A stretch of 34,519 bases of DNA from a virus. Taxonomy: Duplodnaviria > Caudoviricetes. The notes beneath the pieces are model-generated. The model made no database searches, was not told the origin of the DNA, and saw nothing but the letters and a program-made list of their open reading frames with translations. This document shows positions 11,601 to 20,159 of the stretch, in pieces. Where the stretch lies: positions 1 to 34,519 of the IMG/VR virus record IMGVR_UViG_3300037424_003032. One strand, 5' to 3'. Within the stretch, counting starts at the first letter, position 1. Each line of letters begins with the position of its first letter. A program made the translations under genes and the position numbers.

Positions 11601-14253
11601 CGACTGTATCGCCACCTTCTGCCTTGACACTTTTTTCGAGTGCCTCGATTTTCTTGTTGATAAGTTTGCTGACGCGCTCGCCCATCGTGGCGGCAGCCGA
11701 CAAGCCGGACATGCCTTCCAGGCCGCCCTGACCGTAAGCTTCCGCGAGGCTCTCACGCGCCCATGTGAGACCCATGCCAACTTCATCTTCACTGGCAGTC
11801 ACCTGACTGCCCAGACGATACTCACCGCCCACGATGTTGCGTTTATCGTCCATCCTTGGCGTGAATTCGCCCAGTTTGGACGAACGAGCGCCGCCAAGAG
11901 ACCTGAAGCTCAGGCTTTTCGCCATTTCCTTCAAGTCGTCGGTGTCAGTGCCGGTGATCGTGTTGCCTGGATTGAACTTGACTTCCTCGCGCTTATTTGC
12001 TTCTCGGCGCGCCTCAATCCTCTCGCGCGCCTCGTCCCAGCGAGCACCAGGCGTGTAAGTACCATCGACGTCCTCTGGATCGCCAGCGCCGACAATGGAA
12101 CCGACGAATCCTCCCTGGACGGGACGTAAGACCCTGGCTTGTTGTCGCCATTCTTCCATGGCGTTGGATTCAGTGCTTTCCTGCGGCGCTTCCTGGACCG
12201 GCTCCCGTACCGATTGTGGAAGAGTAGGTCGGCTGGGTTTGTACCCTACCGGATTGCGATCCTTCGTTCCGTAGGCAGCGTTGAATTCTTCAAGGGAAAT
12301 GTTTCCGTCTTGAAGGAGCTTTGATTGGTTCCAGCGCTCTCTCGACAGAGGCGATCCGAGAGATGCTTCTTTGTACGGAGACCAGGGGCCACCCTTCTCT
12401 TTCGAGTGGTGGTTGGACATGAGAACATTCCACGACTTCTGCTGTTCTGGCGTCATGCTCTCGTAAAGCTTGTCGAATTCCGGATCAGGCACAGCCCACT
12501 GGCCCTGGAACATCTCGCCATACGCAGGAACTTCGTCATCGAGCCTATTCAGGGCTGTTTGTGCTTCTCCGTCAGTTGGTATGCGATCCATGCCGGCGCG
12601 CTCCATGAACCACTCGGACGCTTTTTTGCCGTGAGGAGGAACGGTGACGGACGACTGGCGATTGGAAACCGGCTTTTTTGAGCTATTGCGACGTGGCTCC
12701 GGAAATTCCTCCATCGGCATCGGCGGAGCTTCAGGTGGCTCGTCGGAACCAGAACCGCCGGAACTGGACACTGGTCCAACCGGAGCTTGATTTTTTAGAC
12801 TTTGCAGGTATGCAGTTTCAGTAGGCGAGCTGACGCCCTGGTCACTTCTTGCTTGCAGCCTCGCAATTTCCTGAGCGGAGGTGCTGGGCTCTATCGGTGC
12901 TACTGGTTCAGCCGGCTGCGCCGGGGATTGTCTGACGTCGGACTTTCGCAAGGGCTGCGCAGGAATCACTTGTTCGGGACGTTCAAATTCCCGAACGCGA
13001 TTCTGAGCTTCGTTATACTGGCGACGACTTAACGGAACGAGATCGGGGTTATCTTCCTTAAACCGACCAGCAAAACCGGGTCTGACATTTCCTAGTGTAA
13101 GGCGCTCTTGCATTTGCTGGGTTTGATACGCAACCTGCGGCACGATCTCTGCCTGCGCCTCCAATTGAGTGCGAGCCGTTGCTATTGCAGCGCTGCGTTC
13201 ACTTAGATCGGCTTGCTGGGCCATCGAACCGGTCTTGAAAATGGTTCGATTGCCGGTTAGCTCGGTGTCATTTTCGTATGCTCCGTAGACCGGCTTGCCT
13301 CCGTTGTCGTGACGAAGCCTCGCCGCGGTCGTAGCGTCGGGAACATCAGTGGATTCGCGACGGAACAGGGCGTCAAGCACATCTTCGCCATCTCCACGTC
13401 CTTCTGGAAGAGAACTGCTAAGTGCGTCCGCTTCCTGCGAGTTCGCCCCCATAAAAGAGTTGTCTCCCTCGCCCCTGCCGCCGAGCAGGTTGCTATTCAA
13501 TCTGCGTAACCCAGATTCGACACGCTTGACAGACGGATCGCCGCTTATCAAGCCACCTTCTTTGGCGGCGATATAACGATCAAGATCGGCTCCAGTCAAA
13601 CTGACGGGCCGGTATGTTGAAGCAAGCCCCGCGTCGACAGCAGGAATAACGGCAGACGCATTGAGTGTGCCGTTTGGACCGATAAGGGGGGCGCCGCCGG
13701 GGGTGTAGAATTGAGTTGGAACTGTATTTTCGCCAACCGAGGAGCGAAGCTGGTTGTACCAGAAGTCTTCTCCACCGGCGGACTGCTCGGGCTTTGTGGC
13801 GTTGCGCGCATCGCCGGTGACGCCACCAAAGATCTGATTTCCAGCGAAGTTATCGAAGCCGCCCTTGGTGGGATCGTAGGTGCGGGCAGCCTGCATGACC
13901 TTCTCGACCCCAGTGGAAATCAATTCCATTGGGTCTACGCCAAGCTTGCCCTCACTGCGAACCTGAGCGGCTTGTAAAATAGACGGATAGAACGATCTAA
14001 CCAGCAAGCGCTCTGCGTCGCCAATGGTTTGTGGGACGATGTCCGGGTTTTTTATCAACCCCGTGGGAAATGGAAGAGAAGCGACGTCTGCGCCAGAGCC
14101 ACGTTCGCCGCCTGCGTACGCTTGAGAAATAACTTTAGCCAGCCCGTTTTGAATAGGAGCTGGCAGCGCTACACTATCCTGGACAAAAGCGTCCAGGTAT
14201 GATTGCAAAAAATCTGAATCGTAATCAGGGGAATTTTCGCGTCTCTTCTTCAT
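8641..14253 (-). CDS. Tape measure-type protein with long N-terminal extension containing a sigma70 region-2-like segment
   Basis: Longest ORF, located between tail chaperones and tail tip; Ala/Gly-rich hydrophobic block and C-terminal Gln/Glu coiled coil. Confidence 0.8.
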   Translation of the reverse strand: MKKRRENSPDYDSDFLQSYLDAFVQDSVALPAPIQNGLAKVISQAYAGGERGSGADVASLPFPTGLIKNPDIVPQTIGDAERLLVRSFYPSILQAAQVRSEGKLGVDPMELISTGVEKVMQAARTYDPTKGGFDNFAGNQIFGGVTGDARNATKPEQSAGGEDFWYNQLRSSVGENTVPTQFYTPGGAPLIGPNGTLNASAVIPAVDAGLASTYRPVSLTGADLDRYIAAKEGGLISGDPSVKRVESGLRRLNSNLLGGRGEGDNSFMGANSQEADALSSSLPEGRGDGEDVLDALFRRESTDVPDATTAARLRHDNGGKPVYGAYENDTELTGNRTIFKTGSMAQQADLSERSAAIATARTQLEAQAEIVPQVAYQTQQMQERLTLGNVRPGFAGRFKEDNPDLVPLSRRQYNEAQNRVREFERPEQVIPAQPLRKSDVRQSPAQPAEPVAPIEPSTSAQEIARLQARSDQGVSSPTETAYLQSLKNQAPVGPVSSSGGSGSDEPPEAPPMPMEEFPEPRRNSSKKPVSNRQSSVTVPPHGKKASEWFMERAGMDRIPTDGEAQTALNRLDDEVPAYGEMFQGQWAVPDPEFDKLYESMTPEQQKSWNVLMSNHHSKEKGGPWSPYKEASLGSPLSRERWNQSKLLQDGNISLEEFNAAYGTKDRNPVGYKPSRPTLPQSVREPVQEAPQESTESNAMEEWRQQARVLRPVQGGFVGSIVGAGDPEDVDGTYTPGARWDEARERIEARREANKREEVKFNPGNTITGTDTDDLKEMAKSLSFRSLGGARSSKLGEFTPRMDDKRNIVGGEYRLGSQVTASEDEVGMGLTWARESLAEAYGQGGLEGMSGLSAAATMGERVSKLINKKIEALEKSVKAEGGDTVAAKEVARRAQEVAKDAVEQHMDGFRAVGEYAGRPGDFGYSNAARLNKQELSQAAAKDSELREHLINSSGSVDQAAAGPAGVFAGEGRSYRYGDGAVWGGRGRGRYGTSGGDDGEGEEGPFEHSPYQSPVGRFMMAQFMMSMAWQNTGGKVLETADQYGTSQAYMSPMAAFGNGGVSGGAPGYAARMAIAQDRAGEAAYSQYGILGELGAEFAGGAYAGIGNTLAVSGGAGLAAGIGATALGGATAAAAGPIGVGVAALTAAPFIGGMTANAITGKDWDSGWSLRNVGRAAVLSAGFDFFGEDATNQSRFAQLAGAFAPWGAQGDVLTEAVESTGKSELEIMQSGWLGQVMEGVFPGALSSLAVSPAEQQAIPLSKFNREIASKYQIKPEESAKILSGMQVGMGGLDDIGQKRIAEQMVGISLDTNKDQLGLLSQYASLRGVPEGSEDWSDLALNWVNASSEEERVELLRKQTKMSQAYSQFAPYLDGGTRAAAQLADNFGLGHMASAQAFSQVASGFGMDYGRDMTDLEATGFAQTMQGQSPRINMKLANIANNVAGLGAGTMSDTFASLSGAVSRGVDANFLSEMFSGNLYAISDVGQLSGQGNLQYFQDDGQRMGTTDISGVLLGAQQRMGLPSSLTAGQTLRSMGLSFSSQGAESALVNGGMQGYEQFFNDQRWGQQMQSFGLQQSQMASNQSNMYATWGIQDQITSQQFGSQMGQFDYSLRRMDLQHQFQLENWAAQDEQRGAGIQNNRWQQAFGYETSLMQRDFTREGWNFQSQMSNLSHGWSMEDYDEGIRRSSGYERAQLIKRRDRETTSYNLNSQNTDNLRENQEELWEREDERYRKSLEYTEQMIAIEEENIERQRAQYEALYQMERENTVLRQDETVELHELQMQLQKEQRRHQEEQLEFSKRSLALQIDMAKSQHEYGENMRQFTQSREKDEAAMRKLIGYAPVFSRMVEDWVQMIEKLERSSINSLSDSFSVTR
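9808..9819. repeat. TCCGACGTCGGA palindrome (in tape measure gene, encodes SDVG)
   Basis: Exact match. Confidence 0.95.
12931..12942. repeat. One-mismatch palindrome copy TCTGACGTCGGA
   Basis: 11/12 match; encodes SDVR. Confidence 0.7.
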
Positions 14254-14272
14254 GACGGCTCCGAGTATGTCG

Positions 14273-14308
14273 CTGAGGGGGAAGTGGGAGGCGTCACCTC
14301 CCCCTCAG
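14273..14308. other. GC-rich intergenic hairpin between tail chaperone and tape measure genes
   Basis: CTGAGGGGGA ... TCCCCCTCAG 10-bp stem; no T-tract on the coding strand. Confidence 0.6.
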
Positions 14309-14311
14309 TTG

Positions 14312-14620
14312 TTAGAACGCTTTGGGGATATTCATCATCTCAAGCATGGCATTGCTTTGCGCCGCTTGTAGCGCTTCTTCTTCTTCCACCCAGTTTTTTA
14401 CCCACCGGAAGAAGTGTCTCCTCCAGAAAGCCGGCTCTTCCAAGATGCTACGGAACAAAGGACGTTCTTCGCGAATGGAGGCCAGAGCCAGCTCTACCAG
14501 ATTGTTCAATACAAGGTCGTCACTGTCTCCCCCCAGTGCAGCCTGTACCTCGCTTTCGCAGAGGACCAGAAATTCTCTGAAGTCCTCCTGTGCTACCGTT
14601 TTTTGGAAGGCGCTTTTTTT
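14312..14620 (-). CDS. Frameshift extension (gpT-like) of the tail assembly chaperone
   Basis: Open -1 frame overlapping the chaperone 3' end, entered at CCA AAA AAA GCG or TCC AAA AAA CGG; no convincing own start. Confidence 0.7.
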   Translation of the reverse strand, partial: KKSAFQKTVAQEDFREFLVLCESEVQAALGGDSDDLVLNNLVELALASIREERPLFRSILEEPAFWRRHFFRWVKNWVEEEEALQAAQSNAMLEMMNIPKAF

Positions 14621-15045
14621 GGTTCGCCCTTGTCCTTTTGGCCAGGCAGCGCAGGACCCCAAGGGGGACACGATTCGCCAAGAGCCTTCCAGATTTCAGA
14701 GACCATCTTGGGTGGCATCGACGCCAGCACCGCCTCGATCTCCACGACCGTTGCGTCGTCGTTCAAAATTGGCTCGCCACCTTCAGCGACAGGCTTGGTG
14801 CTGTCTTTCGGGACAGTCGTGCCTCCGAAGAGCAGGGCAATCTCGCGCATCGCGATTTCCTCTGTAGTGATCGGACGCGGCGCGCGTGCGCCGTCCTGAA
14901 AGATCACAAAGCGGTCGCGCGCCACGAACTGAGACATTGTCAGTTCTGCGCCCATATCGATGGGCTTGAAAGTCCAGGTCCATGTCGGTTCTTTCTCGAA
15001 CGCATGAGCAACTGGGGTCAAGAGAGCGTAGTTACCAAAGTTCAT
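14593..15045 (-). CDS. Tail assembly chaperone (gpG-like)
   Basis: Between tail tube and tape measure; GGAGG RBS before ATG 15045 (MNFGNY); slippery A-runs before the stop. Confidence 0.75.
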   Translation of the reverse strand: MNFGNYALLTPVAHAFEKEPTWTWTFKPIDMGAELTMSQFVARDRFVIFQDGARAPRPITTEEIAMREIALLFGGTTVPKDSTKPVAEGGEPILNDDATVVEIEAVLASMPPKMVSEIWKALGESCPPWGPALPGQKDKGEPKKAPSKKR

Positions 15046-15088
15046 TGCAAAACCTCCGTAAAATTGTTTGGAACTCGTTCCGACGCCA

Positions 15089-15104
15089 TTTCCGACGTCG
15101 GAAA
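15089..15104. repeat. Extended 16-bp palindrome TTTCCGACGTCGGAAA, intergenic
   Basis: Exact; a partial copy TTCCGACGCC lies at 15078-15087. Confidence 0.95.
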
Positions 15105-15117
15105 CAACTTGCAAGAT

Positions 15118-16149
15118 TTAGTAGCTTTCGGTCGTGTTGGTCAGCGACAGCGTGATCGGGTCGCCAGCCAGCGGATCAGCCAGGAACGTACCGGTAATGT
15201 TCAGCATAACGTTGCGGCCAGGCTGAAGTACGATTGGCTGGCAGGTCCAGACGACGTTCGCATTCGCGCTCGCTTGGCCATTGGCTGCAATCGAGAACGA
15301 GTACGGCGTGCCAGTCGCAGCTTCAACCGGGCTGTCAAACTTCAGAACGAAGTTCGCGTTGCGCATCACTTCCGCAACCCATTCGGAACCAGCGGCGGGG
15401 TCGTACATCATCTTGGTGTACAAGTCGCCATCCGCAATCTTCACGGCCATCTGCAACGCATACGCGCGCTGGACGATGTCGAAGGCATCGGGGGAATAAG
15501 AGCCAACGACCCATTGCTCATCGAGCGGAATCGCTGCCGAGGCGATGAAGGAGCCGGCGGAAACTTTGAGGGCTGTACCACCAGGCAGTTCAATCGTTCC
15601 AAGGGGAGCGATGAATTGCGGGCCGCCATCAACTTTCGGCAACGGGGTCCAAGCAGCGGTGCTGACTTTCTTTGGCAGACCGCCAACTACGCCGAGTTGA
15701 CCGGTTACAAAGCGAGCGCCGCGAAACGCGATTGCCAGGCTGTTGAAGCGCAAGTCCTGGAGTTGCTCGCCGTACATCCCGCCAACATCTTGGCGACCGG
15801 TCCAGTAGGGAGCCGAGAATTGATCGGTGCCCAGTTTGAACAAGTGCGTGTACGAGCCATCGAGGTTGTCGGTCGAGGCTACGTTGCCGGTCATTCCCAG
15901 GAAAGCAAAGCCCAGGGTTTTGGGACGTGGAATGAAGCTCAAGCGCCCGCCGGACATGACGCCCATTTTCTGGACGTCGCGCTGCAAGGCGCCGCCACCG
16001 ACTTCCATGTCGAGTGGCAAGTTCACAGGCGCAGGCGAAAGGCCGCCCTGTGTGAAAAGCATGTAAGAGAAGTCCGCGTCGGCTGTGATCGGCGTGTTTT
16101 TTGAAACTTGCTTTGCAAAACCGATAAAGGACTTTTCGGAAGCAGTCAT
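15118..16149 (-). CDS. Tail tube (major tail) protein
   Basis: 343 aa; SFIGFAKQ N-terminus and GSYTHLFK motif; precedes chaperones and TMP. Confidence 0.8.
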   Translation of the reverse strand: MTASEKSFIGFAKQVSKNTPITADADFSYMLFTQGGLSPAPVNLPLDMEVGGGALQRDVQKMGVMSGGRLSFIPRPKTLGFAFLGMTGNVASTDNLDGSYTHLFKLGTDQFSAPYWTGRQDVGGMYGEQLQDLRFNSLAIAFRGARFVTGQLGVVGGLPKKVSTAAWTPLPKVDGGPQFIAPLGTIELPGGTALKVSAGSFIASAAIPLDEQWVVGSYSPDAFDIVQRAYALQMAVKIADGDLYTKMMYDPAAGSEWVAEVMRNANFVLKFDSPVEAATGTPYSFSIAANGQASANANVVWTCQPIVLQPGRNVMLNITGTFLADPLAGDPITLSLTNTTESY

Positions 16150-16697
16150 GGAATTACTCCTGTTCGTGTGGTTAGGACGGAGAACCGAACTTTGATGTGA
16201 TAGTCGTACGCCTCTGGACCGCCAGCTTGCAGCATTTCGCCGCCAAATTCATCAGACAAGATACCGCGCGACACGTACTCGGAACCAGATAAGACATTCA
16301 AGAAAGGTAGCGAAAAGAGGGCTACTTCGCACCTCTCGCGCACCGTCGACGCAATGTTGCGCGCCGCATTCAGGTCCTCGCGGGTATTTACCAATAAGCA
16401 ACGAGCTTTTAGGGTGAAGCGGCGAATGTGTGTAACTGCACCGCCAATCTCAATTTCTTCCACTTCGTCTGACCAGTCATCTGACATCCCCGTCACGGCG
16501 CCGCTAATCAGTCGATCAGGGTCGTTCTCGTGGAGGGTGGCAGAAATGCGAGCTGTGTCAGGAGTGGGCTCGTCTTGAAGGGGGCCTATTGAAATTACAC
16601 CCGCACGCGCCACGTCGTCCTCTGCGATGTTTGTAATCAATGCGGCTTCTAGCGCATTGCGGGTGTATTCAAGAACCGCGTCGTGAATGCCACTCAT
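16146..16697 (-). CDS. Putative tail terminator/head-tail completion protein
   Basis: Positional; 4-nt overlaps with both neighbours. Confidence 0.6.
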   Translation of the reverse strand: MSGIHDAVLEYTRNALEAALITNIAEDDVARAGVISIGPLQDEPTPDTARISATLHENDPDRLISGAVTGMSDDWSDEVEEIEIGGAVTHIRRFTLKARCLLVNTREDLNAARNIASTVRERCEVALFSLPFLNVLSGSEYVSRGILSDEFGGEMLQAGGPEAYDYHIKVRFSVLTTRTGVIP

Positions 16698-17350
16698 TTG
16701 TGGCTCCTATCTCTCGACAGGAAGACGGTCTTCCCTCCGATACGATCAGCTAACTTTTGGTCGTATTTCACGAAGTATTCGTTCACTTCAGGGCTTATTG
16801 GATTGTCTTGGCGGTCACCGGAGCCAAGTTTGAAACGGTCTAACATGGATTGCCTGGAACGCTCTCGCTGAAACGCTCGCCCAAGGATATAGAGCTTCAG
16901 CAGCTCTATATCCCGGAGCGGAACGGTCAAGACAAAGGTTGTGTCTTCGGCGTTTGCTGGAATGCCATGTACACCATAATAGGAGAGCAGGACAGCATTG
17001 TCGCCAGGACTGGCATCCAAGAGCAGGTAGCCCGTGTTGGTCCAGTAAAACAGCGGTTTGACAGAGGGAGAACGACGAACGCCGGGGCGGACAGACCTGA
17101 AGGTCAACGCGTTGTCCAATGGGCACTCCACCAGATATTCCTCGATGAAGTCCACGGGCAGCGCAAACTTTTTAGGGTCTGTTGCTTCTGTCGTGAGAGT
17201 GAGACGACCAATGTCACGCGGCAGCCATTCAGACAACGCCACTGTGCCATCCCGAAGGAAGACATACAGCAGTTCGTTGCTGAACTTTTGCGTTGCACCA
17301 CTGTCGTTCAGCTCTACGTGCAATTCCGTAAGGAATTCGCCCCAGTTCAT
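16694..17350 (-). CDS. Head-tail adaptor protein
   Basis: Follows capsid gene; ELND...FSNELLYVFL helix pattern and FALPVDF motif; GAGGTG RBS before ATG 17350. Confidence 0.7.
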   Translation of the reverse strand: MNWGEFLTELHVELNDSGATQKFSNELLYVFLRDGTVALSEWLPRDIGRLTLTTEATDPKKFALPVDFIEEYLVECPLDNALTFRSVRPGVRRSPSVKPLFYWTNTGYLLLDASPGDNAVLLSYYGVHGIPANAEDTTFVLTVPLRDIELLKLYILGRAFQRERSRQSMLDRFKLGSGDRQDNPISPEVNEYFVKYDQKLADRIGGKTVFLSRDRSHK

Positions 17351-17359
17351 AATCACCTC

Positions 17360-18619
17360 TTAGTTGGTTGAGCCAGCCGTTTCCACGACCTCGAACATCT
17401 CGGGCCGGAACAACTGCATTTTGAAAAAGCCGCGCCAAGCCAGGCGGCGGATCATGCCCAGGTCGTCAATGACGGGCAAGAGGACAGGGTGCGGGCGCTC
17501 GCCAACACCGTACACTACACCAGGCCCGCCCATGAAGACGGAGCTATGGATGTCGATGGCATTGGTCACGTAGTCACCGGTGGCGTGCGGTTTGAGCAGG
17601 GGCTTGTCCAGGGACACTTGGGCGCCACTGATCGCAACGATGCGGCGAGTTTCCTGCGTGCCGTCACTGTCCAGGACAGTCGTGCCGAGAGGCTCGCTGT
17701 GGATCGTGATGCTCTGGCCGACGGCAAAGCCGGTCGCAAGCGTTACGGTGATATGGCGAGTGGAGGTTGCCTGGCCAACGCTGTAGACATTGTCTACGGT
17801 GGCAGCAGCGCCCTGCCCGGGAACGGTCGCGCCGTCCAGCGTGGTCTGTGTCACAGCCAAGCCGGCATTGCGCATGCGCAGGCGGTTGGTTTTGAGGTAG
17901 CGGACGCCACCATACATGCCAACTTCGCTATTGAAGATGCGCTGGGCGCCAGCGTATTCCTGCACTTCTTTCCAGTCCGAGCCAGCGCCGGTGCGGATGT
18001 CATGAATGACACGCGGGGTCGTCACGCACACGATGCTTTTACCGGCGCCATCAGCCACGGCTGCTACGCCAGGAACTTCGTTCTCTTCCAGGTGCGTGCG
18101 AACAAGTTCGCCCATGCTGGGGAGGAAGTAATCAGAGGCGTTCTGGACCAGGGAAGCACGGCCCGTCGCGTCGCCGCCGAAGGCCTTGTTCGGGTGGGAC
18201 AAGAAAGCGTTGCGAGCCATGATGTCGATGTGGTCGACCATGTTCTGACCGAGCTTGCCGTCGACGAGACCGCGCAGGTCGCCTTTATTCCAGAAGTTCA
18301 CCAGTTCGTTGTAATCCGAGATTTTTATTACATCTCCATGAATTTCCAGGTTGATGCTCACCGAGCGGCTGTCCAGGGACGCGCCGCGCAGCCATACAAC
18401 GTTTTCCGTGAAAGCATTCCAGTTGGGTTCCGTGTCGAACACTTCGCTGTAAACCAGCGTCCCAGTGTCGCGAGCGCGGAAGTCTTCCTTCATCACGGTG
18501 AAGGGAGCAAGGATGGATTTGGTCCGCAGGCTCTCAAGCAATTTCTGCTCGTAGAACGCACGCTGCCCGGCGGGCAGGGATGATGCGGTCAATAATCCGG
18601 TTTCGAGTTCGTCAGCCAT
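17360..18619 (-). CDS. Major capsid protein, N4-gp56-like HK97 fold, with internal beta-domain insertion
   Basis: FYEQKLLESLR, HGDVIKISD, FNSEVGMYGGVRY and DDLGMIRRLAW motifs; GAGGTG RBS before ATG 18619. Confidence 0.85.
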   Translation of the reverse strand: MADELETGLLTASSLPAGQRAFYEQKLLESLRTKSILAPFTVMKEDFRARDTGTLVYSEVFDTEPNWNAFTENVVWLRGASLDSRSVSINLEIHGDVIKISDYNELVNFWNKGDLRGLVDGKLGQNMVDHIDIMARNAFLSHPNKAFGGDATGRASLVQNASDYFLPSMGELVRTHLEENEVPGVAAVADGAGKSIVCVTTPRVIHDIRTGAGSDWKEVQEYAGAQRIFNSEVGMYGGVRYLKTNRLRMRNAGLAVTQTTLDGATVPGQGAAATVDNVYSVGQATSTRHITVTLATGFAVGQSITIHSEPLGTTVLDSDGTQETRRIVAISGAQVSLDKPLLKPHATGDYVTNAIDIHSSVFMGGPGVVYGVGERPHPVLLPVIDDLGMIRRLAWRGFFKMQLFRPEMFEVVETAGSTN

Positions 18620-18673
18620 GATAATCACCTCAAGTAGTATTGTTGGTTGTGTGGAGGTGAGCGTGCTTACAAA

Positions 18674-19369
18674 TTAGGCAGCAGGTGTGCCGCTGATGAC
18701 ATTCCAATACTGGTCCCAGGCTGCTTGGCGCTCAGGAGAGCCGTAGGGTAGCGATTCGATATGCGCTTCCCACTGCTTCGCAGTCTTGGGGGTAGTGGCG
18801 GGCGTAACGATAGTCGAGTTCGGCTGCGTTACGGTTTGTGTCTGTCCGGCGGTCAAGGTCTGCTCGCGCTGTGCGAGTAAACCGTCTGCCCATTGAGCCA
18901 TGCGTGCAATGTTCGCCTTTTGCTTCTCTGGATCAGGGTCGGAAGGAATCTGGTCGAGAATTGGAAGCAGGTTGTAGTGCTTCATCTCGCCAACCATCTT
19001 GGCCTTATCCACTTCTGCATGAAGTGTGGCATTTTCCGCTTTCAAGCTATCGCGCTCACCAGTCATAGCTTGAAGTGCCTGGCTACCCTCACCGACCTTG
19101 GCTGACCACGTAGTCTCGCTGGAGTGTGACTGGGCCTGAAGCTCGCCAACGCGAGTGTTCGCAGCGGTCAACTGGTCCATTAGGGACTTGTTAGTCAACG
19201 TGAGTTCTTCGATCTTTTTCAATGCGCCCGTTAGCCGCGCTTCAGGAACGTACCCCTGAAGAGGGTTGGGAGTTTGCGACTGGGGGGTCGTTCCAGTCGC
19301 CCCGCCTGCGACCTGCTGATTGTTTGCCAAAGCTGAACCTTCAGGGGTCTGGGTGGTGTCAGGTGTCAT
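18674..19369 (-). CDS. Capsid scaffolding protein
   Basis: Disordered N-terminus, YVPEARL motif then coiled coil; directly upstream of MCP; AAGGAG RBS. Confidence 0.75.
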   Translation of the reverse strand: MTPDTTQTPEGSALANNQQVAGGATGTTPQSQTPNPLQGYVPEARLTGALKKIEELTLTNKSLMDQLTAANTRVGELQAQSHSSETTWSAKVGEGSQALQAMTGERDSLKAENATLHAEVDKAKMVGEMKHYNLLPILDQIPSDPDPEKQKANIARMAQWADGLLAQREQTLTAGQTQTVTQPNSTIVTPATTPKTAKQWEAHIESLPYGSPERQAAWDQYWNVISGTPAA

Positions 19370-19382
19370 GTTGTCTCCTTGG

Positions 19383-19398
19383 TTTCCGACGTCGGAAA
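19383..19398. repeat. Extended 16-bp palindrome TTTCCGACGTCGGAAA, intergenic, abutting scaffold RBS
   Basis: Exact; a partial copy TTCGACGTC follows at 19399-19407. Confidence 0.95.
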
Positions 19399-19407
19399 TT
19401 CGACGTC

Positions 19408-20151
19408 TTATCCGTACTGTTTACCGCGCCAGATGGCACGGGTCTTGCCGAGGAACTTGAAGAAAGGAACTGGCTCCAAGTGCACGCCGAAACTGGATAC
19501 GGTCGCGAGCATGATGCCCTGCTGCCAGTTCGGGTGTTTCACGTAATCCGGGTTCAAGTCACACAGGCAGAAGCATTCCGCTGCCTGGTATAAGCCACTG
19601 CGCGAGGTTGCGAAGTGCACGCCGCCGCGATGGGTGTGGCCGGTCATGACAGAGATTGAGTAAAACTGCTTCTCCAACTCTCCCTTTGCGGAGTAGCCGG
19701 AGTATTGCCGTACAATCTCGCCGTGAGTGATTAGCAGTCGCTCGTCGTAGACGACCTCGTCTTCGATCTTGTCGAGCTTCAGCGCCTGGAAATCGAGCAG
19801 ATTAGGAAGCTCCAGGGCGTCCAGGCCGTGCAGCTCCGGGTGATCCCAGATGTATTTGCGCAGACGGTCCTCGTGATTGCCTGTGATGTAATGGCGATTA
19901 GCGTTTGGCGCTGCGTCGATCCATTTGCGCTGGGTTGCCTTCCAGCTATCTATTTCAACCTGGAGATTGGCGCCCTTGACGCGACTGGGGTCCTTCGAGA
20001 ATTTTGAGATGTTGTAGAAGTCAATTCCATCGGAGCCTACAACGATCTCATCTGGATTGAAGTCCGCAACGATGCGCAAGGCAACCTCAATTGCTTCATC
20101 GTCCTGGTACGGGTGGTGCTCGTCTGTGGGAAATGCAATTTTGATGTCCAA
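19408..20151 (-). CDS. Calcineurin-like metallophosphoesterase
   Basis: DEH, GSD..D, GNHE, HG and GHTH motifs; start reassigned to TTG 20151 after GAGAGG, just past the portal stop. Confidence 0.85.
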   Translation of the reverse strand: MDIKIAFPTDEHHPYQDDEAIEVALRIVADFNPDEIVVGSDGIDFYNISKFSKDPSRVKGANLQVEIDSWKATQRKWIDAAPNANRHYITGNHEDRLRKYIWDHPELHGLDALELPNLLDFQALKLDKIEDEVVYDERLLITHGEIVRQYSGYSAKGELEKQFYSISVMTGHTHRGGVHFATSRSGLYQAAECFCLCDLNPDYVKHPNWQQGIMLATVSSFGVHLEPVPFFKFLGKTRAIWRGKQYG

Positions 20152-20159
20152 TAAGCCTC

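Noticed and set aside
14590-16104. 504-aa plus-strand ORF (and similar ones at 17489-18583, 24735-25718, 11413-12129, 6199-6909)
   Set aside because: Antisense shadows of well-supported minus-strand genes in GC-rich DNA; no recognisable motifs.
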